Of a DNA stretch of 64,000 bases, positions 16,207-31,029 are shown in pieces. Position 1 is the first letter of the stretch. The number at the start of each line of letters is the position of its first letter. Position numbers and translations under genes: made by a program. The notes below the pieces were generated by a model that worked only from the letters and a program-made list of their open reading frames with translations, ran no database searches and was not told the DNA's origin. This stretch comes from the human T2T-CHM13v2.0 reference genome, Homo sapiens, in NCBI RefSeq assembly GCF_009914755.1, contig NC_060932.1. One strand, given 5' to 3'.

Positions 16207-17355
16207 CAGTCAAGTGCCATGTAACATTTTGGTCAATGATAGACCCCATATATGGTGGTGGTCCTATAAGATTATAATGGAGCTGAAAAGTTCCTATCAT
16301 AGTGACGTTATAGTCATAGCACAACACATTACTCATGTGTTTGTGTTGATGCTACTGTAAACAAATCTGCCAGTGTGTAAAGTATAGCTTATATAATTAT
16401 GTACACTACATAATACTTGATAGTGATAATCTATATTACTGATTTATGTATTTACTATAGTTATCATTATTTTAGTGTATACTCCTTCTAATTATATATA
16501 TAAAAAAATCAGTAACTGTAAAATAGCTTCAGGCAGGTCCTTCAGGAGGTATTCCAGAAGAAGGTATGGCTATCATAGGAAATGACAGCTTCATGTATTT
16601 ATTGCCCCTGGAGACCTTCCAGTGGGACAAGATGTGGAGGTGGAAAACAGTAATATTGATGATCCTGACCCTGTGTAGGCACAGACTAATGCATGTGTGT
16701 GTCTTAGTTTTTAACAAAAAAAGTTCAAAAAGTAAATTATTTTAAAAAATAGGAAAGAGTTTATAGAATAAGAATATAAAGAAAGAAAATTTTGTGCAGC
16801 TATGCACTGTTTTAAGCTAAGTGTTATTACAAAAGAGTCAAAAAGCTTTAAAAATTTAAAACGTTTTTGAAATACAGTTACAGTAAGGTAAGGCTAATTT
16901 ATTGAAGAAAGAAAAATATTTTTCATAAGTTTCTTGTAGCCTAAGTATGCAGTATTTATGGCATCTACAGTAGTGTGTAGTAATACTCTAAACCTTCACA
17001 TTCACTCACTGACTGACTCACTTAAAGCAACTTCCAGTCCTGCAATCTCCATTCATGGTAACTGCCCTATACAAGTGTGCCTTTTTAAAAAAACCTTTTA
17101 TATCATATTTTTACTGTACCTTTTCTATGTTTAGATACACAAATACAATTGTGTTTCAGTTGCCTACAATATTCAGTACAGTAACATGCTGTACAAGTTT
17201 GTAGCTTAGGAGCAATACCACATACAGCCTAGGTGTATAGTAGGCATTACCATCTAGGTTTGTGTAAATACACTCTATGATGTTTGCACAACAATGAAAT
17301 AATCTAATGACACATTTCTCAGAACATATTCCTGTTGTTAAGTGATGCATGACTT
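16207..17355. mobile_element. Tigger3/Golem-type non-autonomous DNA transposon
   Basis: TA|CAGTCAAGTGCCATGTAAC left end and GTTAAGTGATGCATGACT right end form degenerate TIRs; internal GGTCC.ATAAGATTATAATGGAGCTG motif. Confidence 0.8.
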
Positions 17356-17904
17356 TTAAGCCTCATTCATTAAGGACACTACAGATAGCTTTGGTGTTGT
17401 CTCTCTTTTGGGCACTTTCCTTGGGAGCTTAGGTACCATGCTAAAGGAAGCCAAAAACTAGCTCACACAGAGAGACTACATGGGAAGTCCACATGGAAAG
17501 CAACTGAAGCACCAGCCAACAGCTAGCATCAACCTCCAGATGTGTGAATGAATGAGCCTTCAGAGGAATCCAACTCCTAGCTGTCATGCCTTCCAGTTGA
17601 AAACCCCAGAAATTATGGAGCAGGAAAAACACCATCTTGGGTTCTGTGCAAATTCCTAACCCACAGAATCCACGAGCCTAACAAATGGTTGTTTTAAGCC
17701 ACCAATTTTGGGATAATTTGTTATGCAGCCATAGTAACTGGTCCAGCATCCATTCCACTTAGAGATTTGTGTGGTGATCGCCTAGGAAGACAAGCTAGCC
17801 TTTTGTATAGAAAATATGTAATTTCAAGCTATTGCTGTCTTATTGTATGTCATTTACTGGGTAAATCCTCATTTCTCAAACTTGATGTCTCAACACCCCT
17901 GCCC

Positions 17905-18204
17905 TTTTTTTTTTTTTTTTTTGAGACAGAGTCTTGACTCTGTCGCCCAGGCTGGAGTGCAGTGACATGATCTCGGCTCACTGCTGTCTCTGCATCCCAG
18001 GTACAAGGGGTTCTCCTGCCTCAGCCTCCTGAGTAGCTGAGCCTACAGGCACACACCACCATGTCCAGCTAATTTTTGTATTTTTGTAGAGATGGAGTTT
18101 CACCATGTTGGCCATGCTGGTCTCAAATTCTTGACCTCAAGTGATCCGCCTGCCCTGGCCTCCCAAAGTGCTGGGATTACAGGTGTGAGCCACCGTGCCT
18201 GGCC
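17905..18204 (-). mobile_element. Alu
   Basis: reverse Alu consensus. Confidence 0.95.
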
Positions 18205-18993
18205 TCAACCCCTTTTAAATAAAAAAATTTTCACAGCCACTTTGATATTGACTTAAACTACATATGTATTGTTACTTAAGTATGTACAAACCTAAGACCA
18301 GTAATAAACTCCTTATTCTTGGAGCTTTACACAACTAAAAGTAGATCTATAAATTAAATACAAACAAGACTATAGAAATGGTAAAATTCCAGTTTACAAC
18401 CAAAAGCAATGGATGATGATGTTGCTTTGCTGAAACTATATTGCATCAGTGTGAATTTTATAGTGACCATTAATGAAGCATGTTTTTTTGCATCGTAGCC
18501 ATGGGATAACTTTTTCTACAACTCTTTTTATCAGTTGCCTTTCATAAGGAACAAATGTGTCATTTACATATTTAATTCCATTCTTTAAGTTTTTATGTAT
18601 TATTTGACATCAGTGCCATCATAAATGGTCAACCAGGTAATTCAAGATACTGCATATATATATTAAGAATCAAAATAAGATGCTTGTGGAAAATTGGCAG
18701 ATCCTGAACCCTAGTTTGAAAATCACTAAACAGGTCTATATTTAATGAGCCATTCATTTATAATTCAGGAAGGCCTCCAGTGTGAAGGAAGGTGAAAATT
18801 TTGGAATTAGATTGGTTTAGAGCTAGTTGGAATAGGCCCAGTACAGGATAAAGCAAGCTTGAAATAAGGCAGTGGTGGTGGGGAATGCAAGAAGAATCCG
18901 TGCATGTGAGTTAAGTAAATGTACTCAAGATGACTTGATCAGTGGTTGGATATGGAGTGTAGGGTAGAGGGAGGATTCTAGGATGACTACAAG

Positions 18994-19302
<309 letters not shown>

Positions 19303-21228
19303 CAATGACTACAAGTTTCTAATCCAGAGACTAGGCAGTTAGCAGTGCCTTTTGCCCATGAAGTCTTAGTAGGAAAATAGTGAGTTGTTTTGGACATGTC
19401 AAGATCATGATTCTCATGAGATCCAACTGGGGGTTTCTAGTAATGTGGTTCAGAACTGATTGGCTCAGCCATTGATCTGATCCAGCTGTGACAACCTGAA
19501 AGCCATACTTAGCAACCCGTCACATTAATAGTAAGTAAAGCAGTTTTTGCAAAAGAATCAACAAGCAATATAGATTTTTTCTAAAAAATTTCGAGTTCAG
19601 TACAAAGAACATTTTCCCTCTTAACTGTTTCAGAATAAGTTGCTATGTCTAGGCTAAATGCAGAAGAAAAGAAGTGAGACAACTTTCTTTTACTCGTAAG
19701 TGTGAGAGCATTGGAAGGACAGGAGTTTTGGGTCATAGAGTTGGATAATAAGACAACATTTCAAAGGTGCAGAGTTCCAGGTGAGATAAAAACAACAGAT
19801 TACAATAGTATGTTCCTAAATTGGATTGAAGTTGGTCATTTGAATCCATTCAATAAATTTAACATTCTACCAGGCACTGGAGAGAAAAAGGTAATTGAGA
19901 CAGAGTTCCTACACTAAAGGAACTTACAGAGTAGAAGGGAAAATCAAGCAGATACATTGTTCAGACGGAGTACAAAGAAAGTAAAACAGCTTTGTCAAGG
20001 TGGAGGGTGGAGGGCAGGTCAAGGAGAGCACCTCAAAGAGGTGGGTAAACCGGATTCTGAATTATGAATAGGAACTAACCATTCCAAGATGAGGGGCCAT
20101 AAAGAGTGGGCAGTAAGGTCAGAGGGAGCAAGTATTTATACAGGCTCCAAGGCGATAGAGGTCATAACCCACCAGGGGACTGCAAGTCTTTCAGTATAAC
20201 AAGATAGTAAGTAAATATAAGGCTGTAAAGCAAGATCCAATCATGAAGGGCCTTGTTGAGTTTGAACTTCATCTTACATAGCCATCCGTGGAAAGTCAGT
20301 GTATTTTAAACAGGTGAGTGAGTAAAATGGTTAATATGCATTTTAGAACTTGTTCTGCCTCTACATATTAAAGGGAGCAAAACAATAAACAGAAACTGGT
20401 TAGTAAGCTATTGACATAATCTAGGTAGAAGGTGGTGACAAAGTTAGGTAATGATAGTGGATGTGGAGAGAAGTAGATTAACTCAAGAGTTCAATATATA
20501 GTAACTGTAGGGCTTGATGGTTAATATGAATGTTAGGGGTAAAGAGGGAATTGAATGATTCCGTTTCTGACATGGGAACTATATAATTTACTGATTCATA
20601 AATGATTTTTGACCAGGCATTGTGGTACACACTGGGCTTAAGAGAAGTGAACAAGGATAGAGTTTCTGATAGCCTCTGCTATTATTGTGTAGGGTCACTA
20701 GGGGAAGTCAGACAATGAGCACATAAACTAGTTTCAGATAGCACATGGATGGACCAAGAGTGGTGAGAGTTGGAATATCTGTGAAGCTTTTAGGGTAAAG
20801 TCATAGCTGTGGGAGGGCAGGGACCCTCTTGTTACTGTACTCAACTTGCATTGGTTTAGGGCATTAGCAGTAGGGGAAAGTACAGAATGACAAAAAAATT
20901 GCACAGAAACCTTAGTTCTTTTTCACTTTCTCAGATCACTTAAACACTTCAGCTGCTGTACCTTAAACCTGGCAAGTTTTTGCCTCCCTTAAACAGGTGT
21001 CCCAAGATCTGCTAAAGTTTTATTTTAAAAATAAGAGAATCAGTGTTTTACAATTCTTCCAAGAAGTTCATGTGATCAAGAAAATGTACATTTCTTCTCA
21101 TCCAGGTCAAGGACCATAGCTTTTCTATATAGTGCTCTACTGCTGCACTTATTATAGGTAATATAGTGGTTCCAGATAATTTGGCACCTTTTAGAAATAA
21201 ATTCTTTCATTCAAAAAATATGAGTGAG

Positions 21229-21519
21229 GGCCAGGTGCGGTGGCTCACACCTGTAATCCCAGGACTTTGGGAGGCCGAGACGGGCGAATCACCTGATGTC
21301 AGGAGTTCAAGACCAGCCTGACCAACATGGTGAAACCCCGTCTTTACAAAAATACAAAAATTGGCTGGGCATGATGGTGAGTGCCTGTAATCCCAGCTAC
21401 TCAGGAGACTCAAGCGCGAGAATTGCTTGAGGCTGGGAGGCAGAGGATGCAGTGAGCCGAGATCGCACCTCTGCGCCCCAGCCTGGGCAAAAGAGCGAGA
21501 CTCCATCTCAAAAAAAAAA
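21229..21519 (+). mobile_element. Alu
   Basis: full dimer. Confidence 0.95.
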
Positions 21520-21995
21520 GTGCTTGCTTTGATCAAGGCCCTGTATTTCGGGTTACAGAATTTCTTTTAAAACATCTTAATCAACATTGGACATATCTTT
21601 TTAAATGCATGCTTCTCCACTTTCTTCCAGAGTATATAGAACAGTTTTTAGTGGATAACTATCCTGACCTAAAGTAAATGTTAGCCTTGAGTGCTGTTTT
21701 TGAATTGGATAAAGCTGCTGCATGTCATCCTTATGTAGCAGGCACAATATTTGCAGTATTCAGACTTCTAGACCTGGTGCTAACCAAATATTTCTACATT
21801 AAGTGGCTTCATTCTGTTGTGCTTTTTGAATGTTTTCTAGCTTCCTTCATCTTTCTAGCTTCCTTGATCTTAATTTTGCTATTTCTGGTCTGTGTTAAAG
21901 CAGGAACCTGATGATCAAAAACTCTAGGAATCAAACCCTCTCCTTTTAATCACTGTACTTGGACTTCAGTGCCTATATTTTGAGGCCAATGTGAC

Positions 21996-22291
21996 TTTTT
22001 TTTTTTTTTTCCAGATGGAGTCTGGCTGTTATCTCCAGGCTGGAGTGCAGTGGTGCAATCTCGGCTCACTGCAACCTCTGAACCCCTGGTTCAAGTGATA
22101 CTCCTGCCTCAGCCTCCCAAGCAGCTGGGATTACAGGCATGTGCCACCACACCCAGCTAATTTTTGTATTTTTAGTAGAGACGGGGTTTCACCATGTTGG
22201 CCAGGATGCGCTCTATCTCCTGACCTCAAGTGATCCGCCCGCCTTGGCCTCCCAAAGTGCTAGGATTACAGGCGTGAGACACGGCGCCCAG
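21996..22291 (-). mobile_element. Alu
   Basis: reverse dimer. Confidence 0.95.
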
Positions 22292-24169
22292 TTGACTGTT
22301 TTGTTTTCACTCACTCCTCCATATGGGTAGTTGAGGATCACTATGACTGTTTTTATGTAGGCAGAATTTTTAAGAAAACAACATAAATTTAGATATTTGT
22401 TCCGTAAAGTTACTAAAAAGTAAATATATTAAAGGTGATTGTCACATAAGCCTTCCAATCACAGTGCCTGTGATTTCATTAGACAAAACTGAACATATAA
22501 AAATGTAGTTGGCTACCTGGGAGCCTGAAGCACTTTATTTACAGATACTTTCTTAGGGCTAACTCAAAACACATCTAATCAGAACCATGCCATAAGCTTG
22601 CCAGAGAATGACAATGCATTTAAACATCGTAAATAGCCAAATTTCACCTTCCCCATTGAAGACAGCATTTCAGATACAAGTACATGGCCTGGTAATGTTT
22701 TTCCAGAAGAGATCCTACTTGTATCAAAGTCAGCCTGTAGCAGTGCAAACTACTGACTTAAAGTTTAGCAGCTAAAAATAGAGTCTGAAAAGATTCAGAA
22801 AATTGAGTTATTTTACCCATGAAACAAACATCTGCTCTTTTAGAGCAAGCAGCTCTTTATACCTTATGAGAAAGCTCAAGAACAAAAAAGTTAGCTTTTC
22901 ATTTTAAGGTACCATGGTTGATTTTAGACAGTTCTCGTATCTTCAAATTATTATCCTGGGGAAAATTATGCAGGACAAAAGTGTTTTTTAGAAATATTTA
23001 GCAAAAATATATGAATTACTGCCTTTTCATAATGCAGCCAGGACTTGCATCGGAATATTTGATTATCCTATGACCAACTCACTTATACCTTCCACAGAAT
23101 ACTATAGCACAACGTGTAGTATATACAAGCTCCAGAATGCTTGGAGATGTACCTCACTTTAGCACTAAGTAGCTGTGTAACTTTGAGCAAGTTGTTTAAC
23201 CTGTGTCTCCATTCCTCTCGAGGATCATAATAGTCTTTCTCATGGGGTAAAATAATACATGTGGAACACTCAACAAGATGCATGGCACACAGTAAGTACT
23301 GTAATAAAAGTAATTTAGAGAAACAGAAGATACTTTGCTTAACCCAAGATACCTTGAGGTAAATTTAAAAGTCACATTTTAAATACATTCCTATTGTTTT
23401 TCATACAACTATCACTTCTGTGGTAATCAAATGGTGTTTAAATAATCTATGTTTATGCCTACTTACATAGGTTAACATAAACAGTAAAAATATTTTCATT
23501 CACTACCCAAGCACAGTCTATTGAAGGCACTTCCAACCAGCCCCTTATCAGTAGGAAGAATCCAACCTAGGACTAGTTTATCAATAGATGTACTTTTCCA
23601 TAGATTGTAAGCAGTTCTAAGTAGGAAAGGTTTGGCTCTCAGGAGCTTTCAGCGGGACATTTATATTTGTAAATAAAAAGGAAATATTCTTTGGGCAGTG
23701 TTTCAGAATCACCTGGGATGATCTGCATGAAGATTCCTGGCCTCCACCAAAGACTTACTGAATCAGAAAGGAGGCAAGAGGATGAGGAATGCTTAAGAAT
23801 CTGCATTAACAAACTTTACAAATGAATCTTACAACATACAGAAGCATGGAAACTACTGCCTCAAGGGATTATCTCAACTTGAGTTTAAACATAGGAATTG
23901 CTGACTACCTTTAAAATGTAAAAATAGTATCTTTATGGGAGGGATGTTGTTTGGGGGCAGCTACTAAATAGTGAAATCATTCCTTTAAAATACCCTCTCA
24001 AGTCTGCCCCAGTTATCCATTTTACTGGATAGTCTTGGTATCCAGATGATTTAGGGAAAAAAATAGTAGTAGCAAACTCTGAAAACACTCAGTAAAGTTC
24101 ATTCTTGGTCTTCTCTTCCTAAATTTGTTTTCAATTGTTAGATTTAAACACTAAACAAGACCAAAAGAG

Positions 24170-26201
24170 AACTTTATTTTACATGTCTTTATTTTACATT
24201 TAGAACCGTTTTATGATTTACTTAAAAAAAAAATCTTTTACTATTATTAGAAGTATTTTTTAACCAAAATCTTGATTTAGGAAGACTTAAGACATTGTGC
24301 ATTATTTTAAATATTTTCATTTCAGTAACTATTAAAAATAAATTCACAATTAGGGTTTCAAATGTCCTAATCATATCTAGTTTGTTCTCATTTAATATTT
24401 TATCAATCCCATCATGTGCATACAGAGGTTAAGGTGATGTATAAATTTTATATCTTTCAAACACATTGATGCTAATCAGCTCTTGATCTAATTACTATTT
24501 CATTTATTCAGAAATAGCATTTAGACATAAAAACCAATGTCTCACTTTGTAAAATAACCTTTGGCTAATTTACACACATCTAATACAGCGTGTTATATAA
24601 GTTTTAAGTAATACAATGAGTCACTACTATCATTCAGTTTTAAATATTTTTAGTGTTAACAGGGCTGAGAATATCATGTGGTTCAGTCTTCTGAAGGAAG
24701 TTATATAATAAAAGCATAGTGCCTTTGAACATGAAGACTATCCTCAAGGCCAGAAATCCTACAAAGGAACTGAAAGGAGAGATTCCAGAGAATTGCTCTC
24801 CTCATTTTTAATATGTAAAGTGACTGTTTTAAGTCACTTCATTGAAGACTTAAGGAAGAAAACAGTGTTATTATGCCACTGAATAAAGCTACTTAAACCA
24901 GAGTAATTTTGGGATATTAATCCTAGGCTACATAATTAATAGGTCATCAAAACAAAAACCTGTCAGTTATTAGGTGTAAGTTAACTTCCTATGCCAAGTA
25001 AGGGGTCACACTTCACTTCCCCCATTTGTAAAATGAAAAGGTGGCCAGGCCAGTGCCATTTAGGATTCTCTGCTAACTGTAAAATGTGGACTGATTTTCT
25101 TCTGTTTCTTATAGTCCAGGTGTATATAAACTTCCAGTTCTTTAAGTCAAAATTTTTATGCACATAACCATGTCAGTGTATTGCCCTTAGTTTAAAAATG
25201 TACAACTACATAAATAAAAACTATTGTTTCTTCAATATTACTTGACATTTCTTCTGTAATTTCTTTATTTAAAAAAGTAAATGTAACAAGATACTTAAAA
25301 AAGGCTAGATACAAAAGTAGTTAAGCTGCTCACGAACATTTAAAATTTTCCAAAATGTATCTTCAATAATCATGATCTTATAAAACATTTTACAGTTATC
25401 AGAAAGTGCCCAGGCTGAGTTTACATAACTGAAATACCTTAGTACAAATGTCTAGTTAGAACTGAAGTGCAGTAACCTCTTGAGACTGACTGCTCATTGA
25501 AATAGGGATACAAAGAAAAAGTTGATTGTGATAAAAGTATTGTGCATTGGCCCCATCATATGTACAAAAAAAGTGCCCTCACTCAAATGAGCAAATTACA
25601 TGCAAAATATTAGTGATATCATTTAATATCCTAGAGCTCAATGCAGTCAAACCGCAATAAAAGTGGTTTTTATAGGTAAAAGTGATTTCATCTCTTAAGA
25701 TCTGAATGTCGAGAACTTTTTTACAAGTTCCATATACATGATACACAGTTGCAGCCAACCACAAATTAAACACCATAAAAAAAGTTAAAATGAAAACACA
25801 GAACATACTTAATTTTTTATTTTGAAATTCCCTATTCCCTCTATACAAGAACCTTTGCTGAAACAGTTTCCACAAAGGCAGCAGTGAATTTTCAGAACAT
25901 TTACATTTTTTCCCCCTCAGCAAAAAGATAAATCACAGTGTAAATTATGTTGTTCTGCTGTCATCTTTGGCTGGGGTTAGACCCAGAAGTTGGTGACTAG
26001 CAAACCAATATAGCCAAATGTTGCTAGTGCTCCTTAGGCCTTTAAGCTATAAACTCAGCAAGGAATGTCTGCATTTTATCTCTTTAAGGTACCACCAGGG
26101 GGGTATGACAGCATTAACTTCCATAAACTTTTATAGACAAATGGAAAAAAATCTACAAAATTTGCTAGTAATATTACACAGCAATACACACTTTTTATAC
26201 T
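24170..26201 (-). other. UBR5: UBR5 3'UTR (~2 kb); distal end approximate
   Basis: follows the TAG stop; AT-rich with no recognisable repeats; minus-strand AATAAA at 25816-21, 25264-69, 24188-93 and 24173-78. Confidence 0.75.
24172..24199 (-). terminator. Distal UBR5 polyadenylation signals (tandem pair)
   Basis: minus strand ATGTAAAATAAAG-AC-ATGTAAAATAAAG, followed downstream by GU/U-rich TTCTCTTTTGGTCTTGTTT. Confidence 0.7.
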
Positions 26202-26414
26202 CTACACAAAACCAAAATTCTTGGTCTTAATGGCGAGTAACAATTTCTGTTTGAGAATCTGTTTAGAGGAATAGAGTGGGACGTAAAGTCGAGAAATGCA
26301 AGTATTTGCAGTAGGAAGATGTTGGTCATCTGGTGGTCTTATTGTGATTGAGGGCATAGGCTGGAATCCTTCTTCACTGGCTGGCAGTGATGGGCTTGAT
26401 GTCCAAAAGTAAAC
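26202..26414 (-). CDS. UBR5: UBR5 last exon (59): end of HECT C-lobe with catalytic Cys and stop
   Basis: [70 protein letters not shown]; Cys codon 26298-26300 counts to C2768 of a 2799-aa protein. Confidence 0.98.
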   Translation of the reverse strand, partial: VYFWTSSPSLPASEEGFQPMPSITIRPPDDQHLPTANTCISRLYVPLYSSKQILKQKLLLAIKTKNFGFV

Positions 26415-27959
26415 CTGAACAGGAATTTAACAGGTTAATATTTAACTCTTAACTCTGGCAGTATATACACAAAGCCCTATTGTTATGTTAATAACCTAAA
26501 AGGAGATATTATTTTGAACTGGATTTTAAATATATTTTCTTGTACTAAAAAGGAAAGGGATCATTCATACCTCAAGACAGGTTTTTGTTTTTGTTTTTTT
26601 TCCCCAAAGGAGTAAGTCTAGAGTTAGTAGAGGAAAAAAAGGTGACTTTCTGTCACAGAGCCTCAGTATTTTCATCTGTAACATGAGGCTGTTGGACTAA
26701 ATGGTTTCTAAGAGCCTTTCTTGCAGCTAATTCCATAAAGTGTCTATTAGTGGAAAAAAGGCTGCCAAACAAAAGATACGGTCTTAGGTTCAAAACTCAC
26801 ACAGGTTATCTTAAAAAGTTATTTTGCATTAAGGAGCAAAATAATGCAAATAATAAAATAATAAAGCAAAAAAAGTATTTACTGCTACATTGTGATACAG
26901 AATCATTTTATAATAGTAATTATTGGGGAACATCTATCTATGCATCAAAATTCATGCAATAAGCCATATTAACACTAAGTTTTATCATACCTCTGTAATA
27001 AAACTTTGTGCAACACAGTGTAAATGATGCTCAGTAAATGTGAACTTACACTTTTTAACTTAACCAAGGATATGCCTCCCTGAAATAGTTTGCTGAACAT
27101 GTAACATTCCTCATCAATCCATCCCTTCATACATACGCATCATTCTTCAGTGTCTGTCTCTCTTAAGGAAAAGCTTTTTTTTTAATCTAATCATTTTATA
27201 ATGCACAACAATGAAGTATATCCAATTTCCTAGAATGACTAGGAAACCTAAACAAACTTAAGATTTCCTGAAGCACAGTTGTATGGGAAAGCTCATCTAG
27301 AATTCTATATAAAGGGACAGAAAAAAAAAAAAAAAGTTAAGTATCAGGATCTATAAAATCTGAAAAGAAATAGAAAACAGGTACTCTAGAGATGAAGTTG
27401 ATCTAAACCACTCATTTCATAGATAAGAAACAAGCTTAATATAAAGTGTTTCTCCAAGGATGAATGTGGTTAACCAGGGTAGATGACCTCACTGCTGGAT
27501 CTCTAAGAAGTTGGAAGAGAAATACTTTTACTAGTGAATTATAACACTCCAAGAGGGAAATAAACTGTAGTTTACCCAATAACTCTGGAAACCCTATAAG
27601 TTGCAGGACTAATTAATTCATGGGAGAACTGTTTCAGAAACCCCATTCTTATGTCCTCTAGATGCATCAGGATGAAACCAAACAATATGTGAAGGATGAC
27701 TTCCCAAAAAGAGGAGAAGGGTAAGGGGGAGGAAGATACCATGATAAACTGCTTACACCCTAAACATAGATTTTCAATAAGAGTTTAAGGTTCACAAACT
27801 AAAGCTGTTGACAGGAAATTTTGAGGTCTTTATAGAAGGAGATTTTCTTTTTTCTAAGATTGAGTCACTAGCAAATTTTTCTTTCAGTAGAAGGCAGAAA
27901 CTCATGAGATTTAAGTTGGCTGACTGGACTGAGGAAATACTGGTTTAAAAACGGCAGAA

Positions 27960-28330
<371 letters not shown>

Positions 28331-29531
28331 TTAAGGAAACAAGGTGCCCTGAATCTAAAGACTGACTAAAGGTGGTAGAACTTAAGCTATTTAGGTGATC
28401 CTGAAACCAACAGGGACAGTTATGGTATTGACTAGTGGGAACTTTTAAGAGCCATAAGACTGGAGAAGTCAAATGCTGACCAATTATATCAAACCCACCT
28501 GGGGAACAAACTAAGTCAAAATTACTAGGGTGGCTAAAAGCTGAGAAATGAACTAGGTGGCAGTTAGGACTGCTGAACAAACCCATCTCACCATAGCAGA
28601 GAAATATTAGAATACACCTAGAGCCATGTAAAGATTCAGGAGTGCTAAAAGCATGAATTCCCCTCCTTCCCTCCACCACCCCCAAAATAAGCTTCTGCCT
28701 GAATGAAGGTAACTGGGAATCTGCAATTTTTTTCTTTCCTGCACAAATAACCACTTCCCCTTATTCAAATAAAATAAAGGATATATCTAGAAATCTGATC
28801 ATTTTTAAATATTTCCAGAAGTGGTCTAGTTTAGAACTAAGGCTGGTTAGACCGGGGCAATGTTCCAGGAGTACAGAAAGGATCTTCCAGGGTCTTCTAG
28901 ATAAGGAATGTCCTTCAAATTTCTACAAGAAAGTCTGCAGCATACTGCCTTTCAAGATTAATGGACAGGATGATTTGGTTATGGTTTTACTTGATGGGTG
29001 GACGTAAGTTCCACTAAGAGGTAGACTTTCCACTAAGATCAAAGCTTCTGTTATCTAATTTATAATTCTAAGTTAGCTGGGGCTCTGTACTAATAAGATT
29101 TTGAAAGACTTAGTACCCACATATCACAATTAAGCTACTCTCTTCCTAGTATGCAGATAACAATCAAGATAATACTCAGAAATTCTGTCAAGGCTTGGCA
29201 CTAGTCAAAAGGATTAAGGATGTATACAGGGAGAAGCATATGTAGGCAGTGCGATAAAGATAAAAAGCCATGTTGCAACAGTAAACTGGTATCTTCTGGG
29301 ACTAAGGACAGCATATTAACAGCTAAATGTACTTCACTCTGCTTAGAGCTTTAGTAATACTTCAGATATTGTTATAGAGCAGAAAAACAAAAACTGCCTT
29401 ATTTGTGACCTTCTATAATTGCCCTACCCAAAATTAAAATGACCAACCATTACAAACTTAAAAGGCCATCATACATGGTATTTTTAACTTCTGTATTTCC
29501 TTCTACAAATCTTGTGAAATTTTTAACTTAC

Positions 29532-29617
29532 AAGATCTTGTCGTTCTGTCATGCTCATCTTCTCTACTATTGACCAGAACCAACGCTTGAACTGCAGAAG
29601 CTTCTCAGCATTTTCTC
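29532..29617 (-). CDS. UBR5: UBR5 exon 58 (HECT)
   Basis: (G)[28 protein letters not shown]; AG/GTAAGT; 86 nt, ends phase 0. Confidence 0.97.
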
Positions 29618-30884
29618 CTAAGAATGAAGAATGTAAATAAAATATACTATACCAGTTGTTGTTATTATCTGTAGAATATTACTAATCTTCTTATAATAAA
29701 AGGATACAGATTAAAACATTATTTAAGACTTGGGGGGGAGCGTCTAATTCCTAATACAAGAAATTAAGAGCATTTGCATAATGCAAAACCTCTACAGTTC
29801 ATTAGTCAATCCTGACTCAATATGACCAAAACAAATGAACCACCAGCCTTAAAACTGATATTCACATGAGTTTTATCTCATCTGTATGTCAGTATTCTTA
29901 TGATCTCAAGAAATGCAGATTCTCATTCATTCACTGGGTGGGGAATGCAGAGAGGGGAGACCAGAGATTCTGCCTGTCTAAAACGCTTTCAGATGATGCC
30001 AATGCTACTGATCTGAGGATCATACTTGGAGTGGCAAGATCTTAGGCAGTTTATTTGGATACTGTTTTCCTTCCTAAATTTTTGGTTTGTAAATGAGACA
30101 AATTCTTATTAGTATTAAAAACTGTATTACAAGGTAGCACAAAAACTATTACAATATATAATTTGGCTGAAGCTGCTTGCAAAATAGGAAAAATAAAGGG
30201 GAAAAAAATCAGTACCTTTGTGTACATAATAATCTTGGAATATAGGTATAATCCTTTCACAGAGAACTTCTTGGAGCTTCTAATGTACAGTCACAGCTAA
30301 AAAGCCTATTCCTAGACCATAGGACTTTCAAAAGAAAGAATTGCAGCAAATCAAACACTGGAGATAAAAGTTTTTCTTTCAAGAGGACTTTCACTACCAC
30401 TCCTTATTCTTCCTAGATTCTAGGAATCTAGGAAGTGTTTGTGTGCTACTGTGTTTTTAGAAGTGTGATTTGGGTCCAGCTCTATAGAGCAATCATCATA
30501 CAAATTCTTTCATTAGGGAGTTTAAGCAACATGAATCAGAAAAGCCCAGAGAGTTGTCACATGGATTACTTTTTCTTAACCACTATATACAAATCCTTTT
30601 TTACACAGTTGCTCACCATGAAAAATTTTTGTTTGTATTCATATTTTTTGAAACCTAGAAAAATTAAGCAGTAAAAGAGTTAAGAATAGCCTAATGCTAA
30701 GCCATCAAAATACTATTTACTTCAAACATACCTTTAAAAACAATGTAAAAAATTGTTTTAATGCTTGAGTAATACAGCAATTTCCCAAACCCTATAAACA
30801 GGCCTTAAGAACTAGAAACTCAGAAAATGCTGACTGACCTATCTATATAGTTCATTCTTTAAACATTTTTTTTAAATGTCCTAC

Positions 30885-31029
30885 CTGATTCATCATTGAA
30901 AGAGGTAAAACTGATCAGCATTTGCACATTGACTTCACCGCAGCCATTTACCAAAAGCCTAAAATCTTCTGCCGTTAAATCTTCTAATGAATTTTTTGGA
31001 AGCACATCTAGTAGACCTTTCCTCATTGC
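30885..31029 (-). CDS. UBR5: UBR5 exon 57 (HECT)
   Basis: AMRKGLLDVLPKNSLEDLTAEDFRLLVNGCGEVNVQMLISFTSFNDES; AG/GT, 145 nt. Confidence 0.97.

Noticed and set aside
25579-25923. 114-aa ORF in the UBR5 3'UTR
   Set aside because: Non-ATG start, crosses a polyA signal, composition reflects U-rich UTR; only Ribo-seq could rescue it
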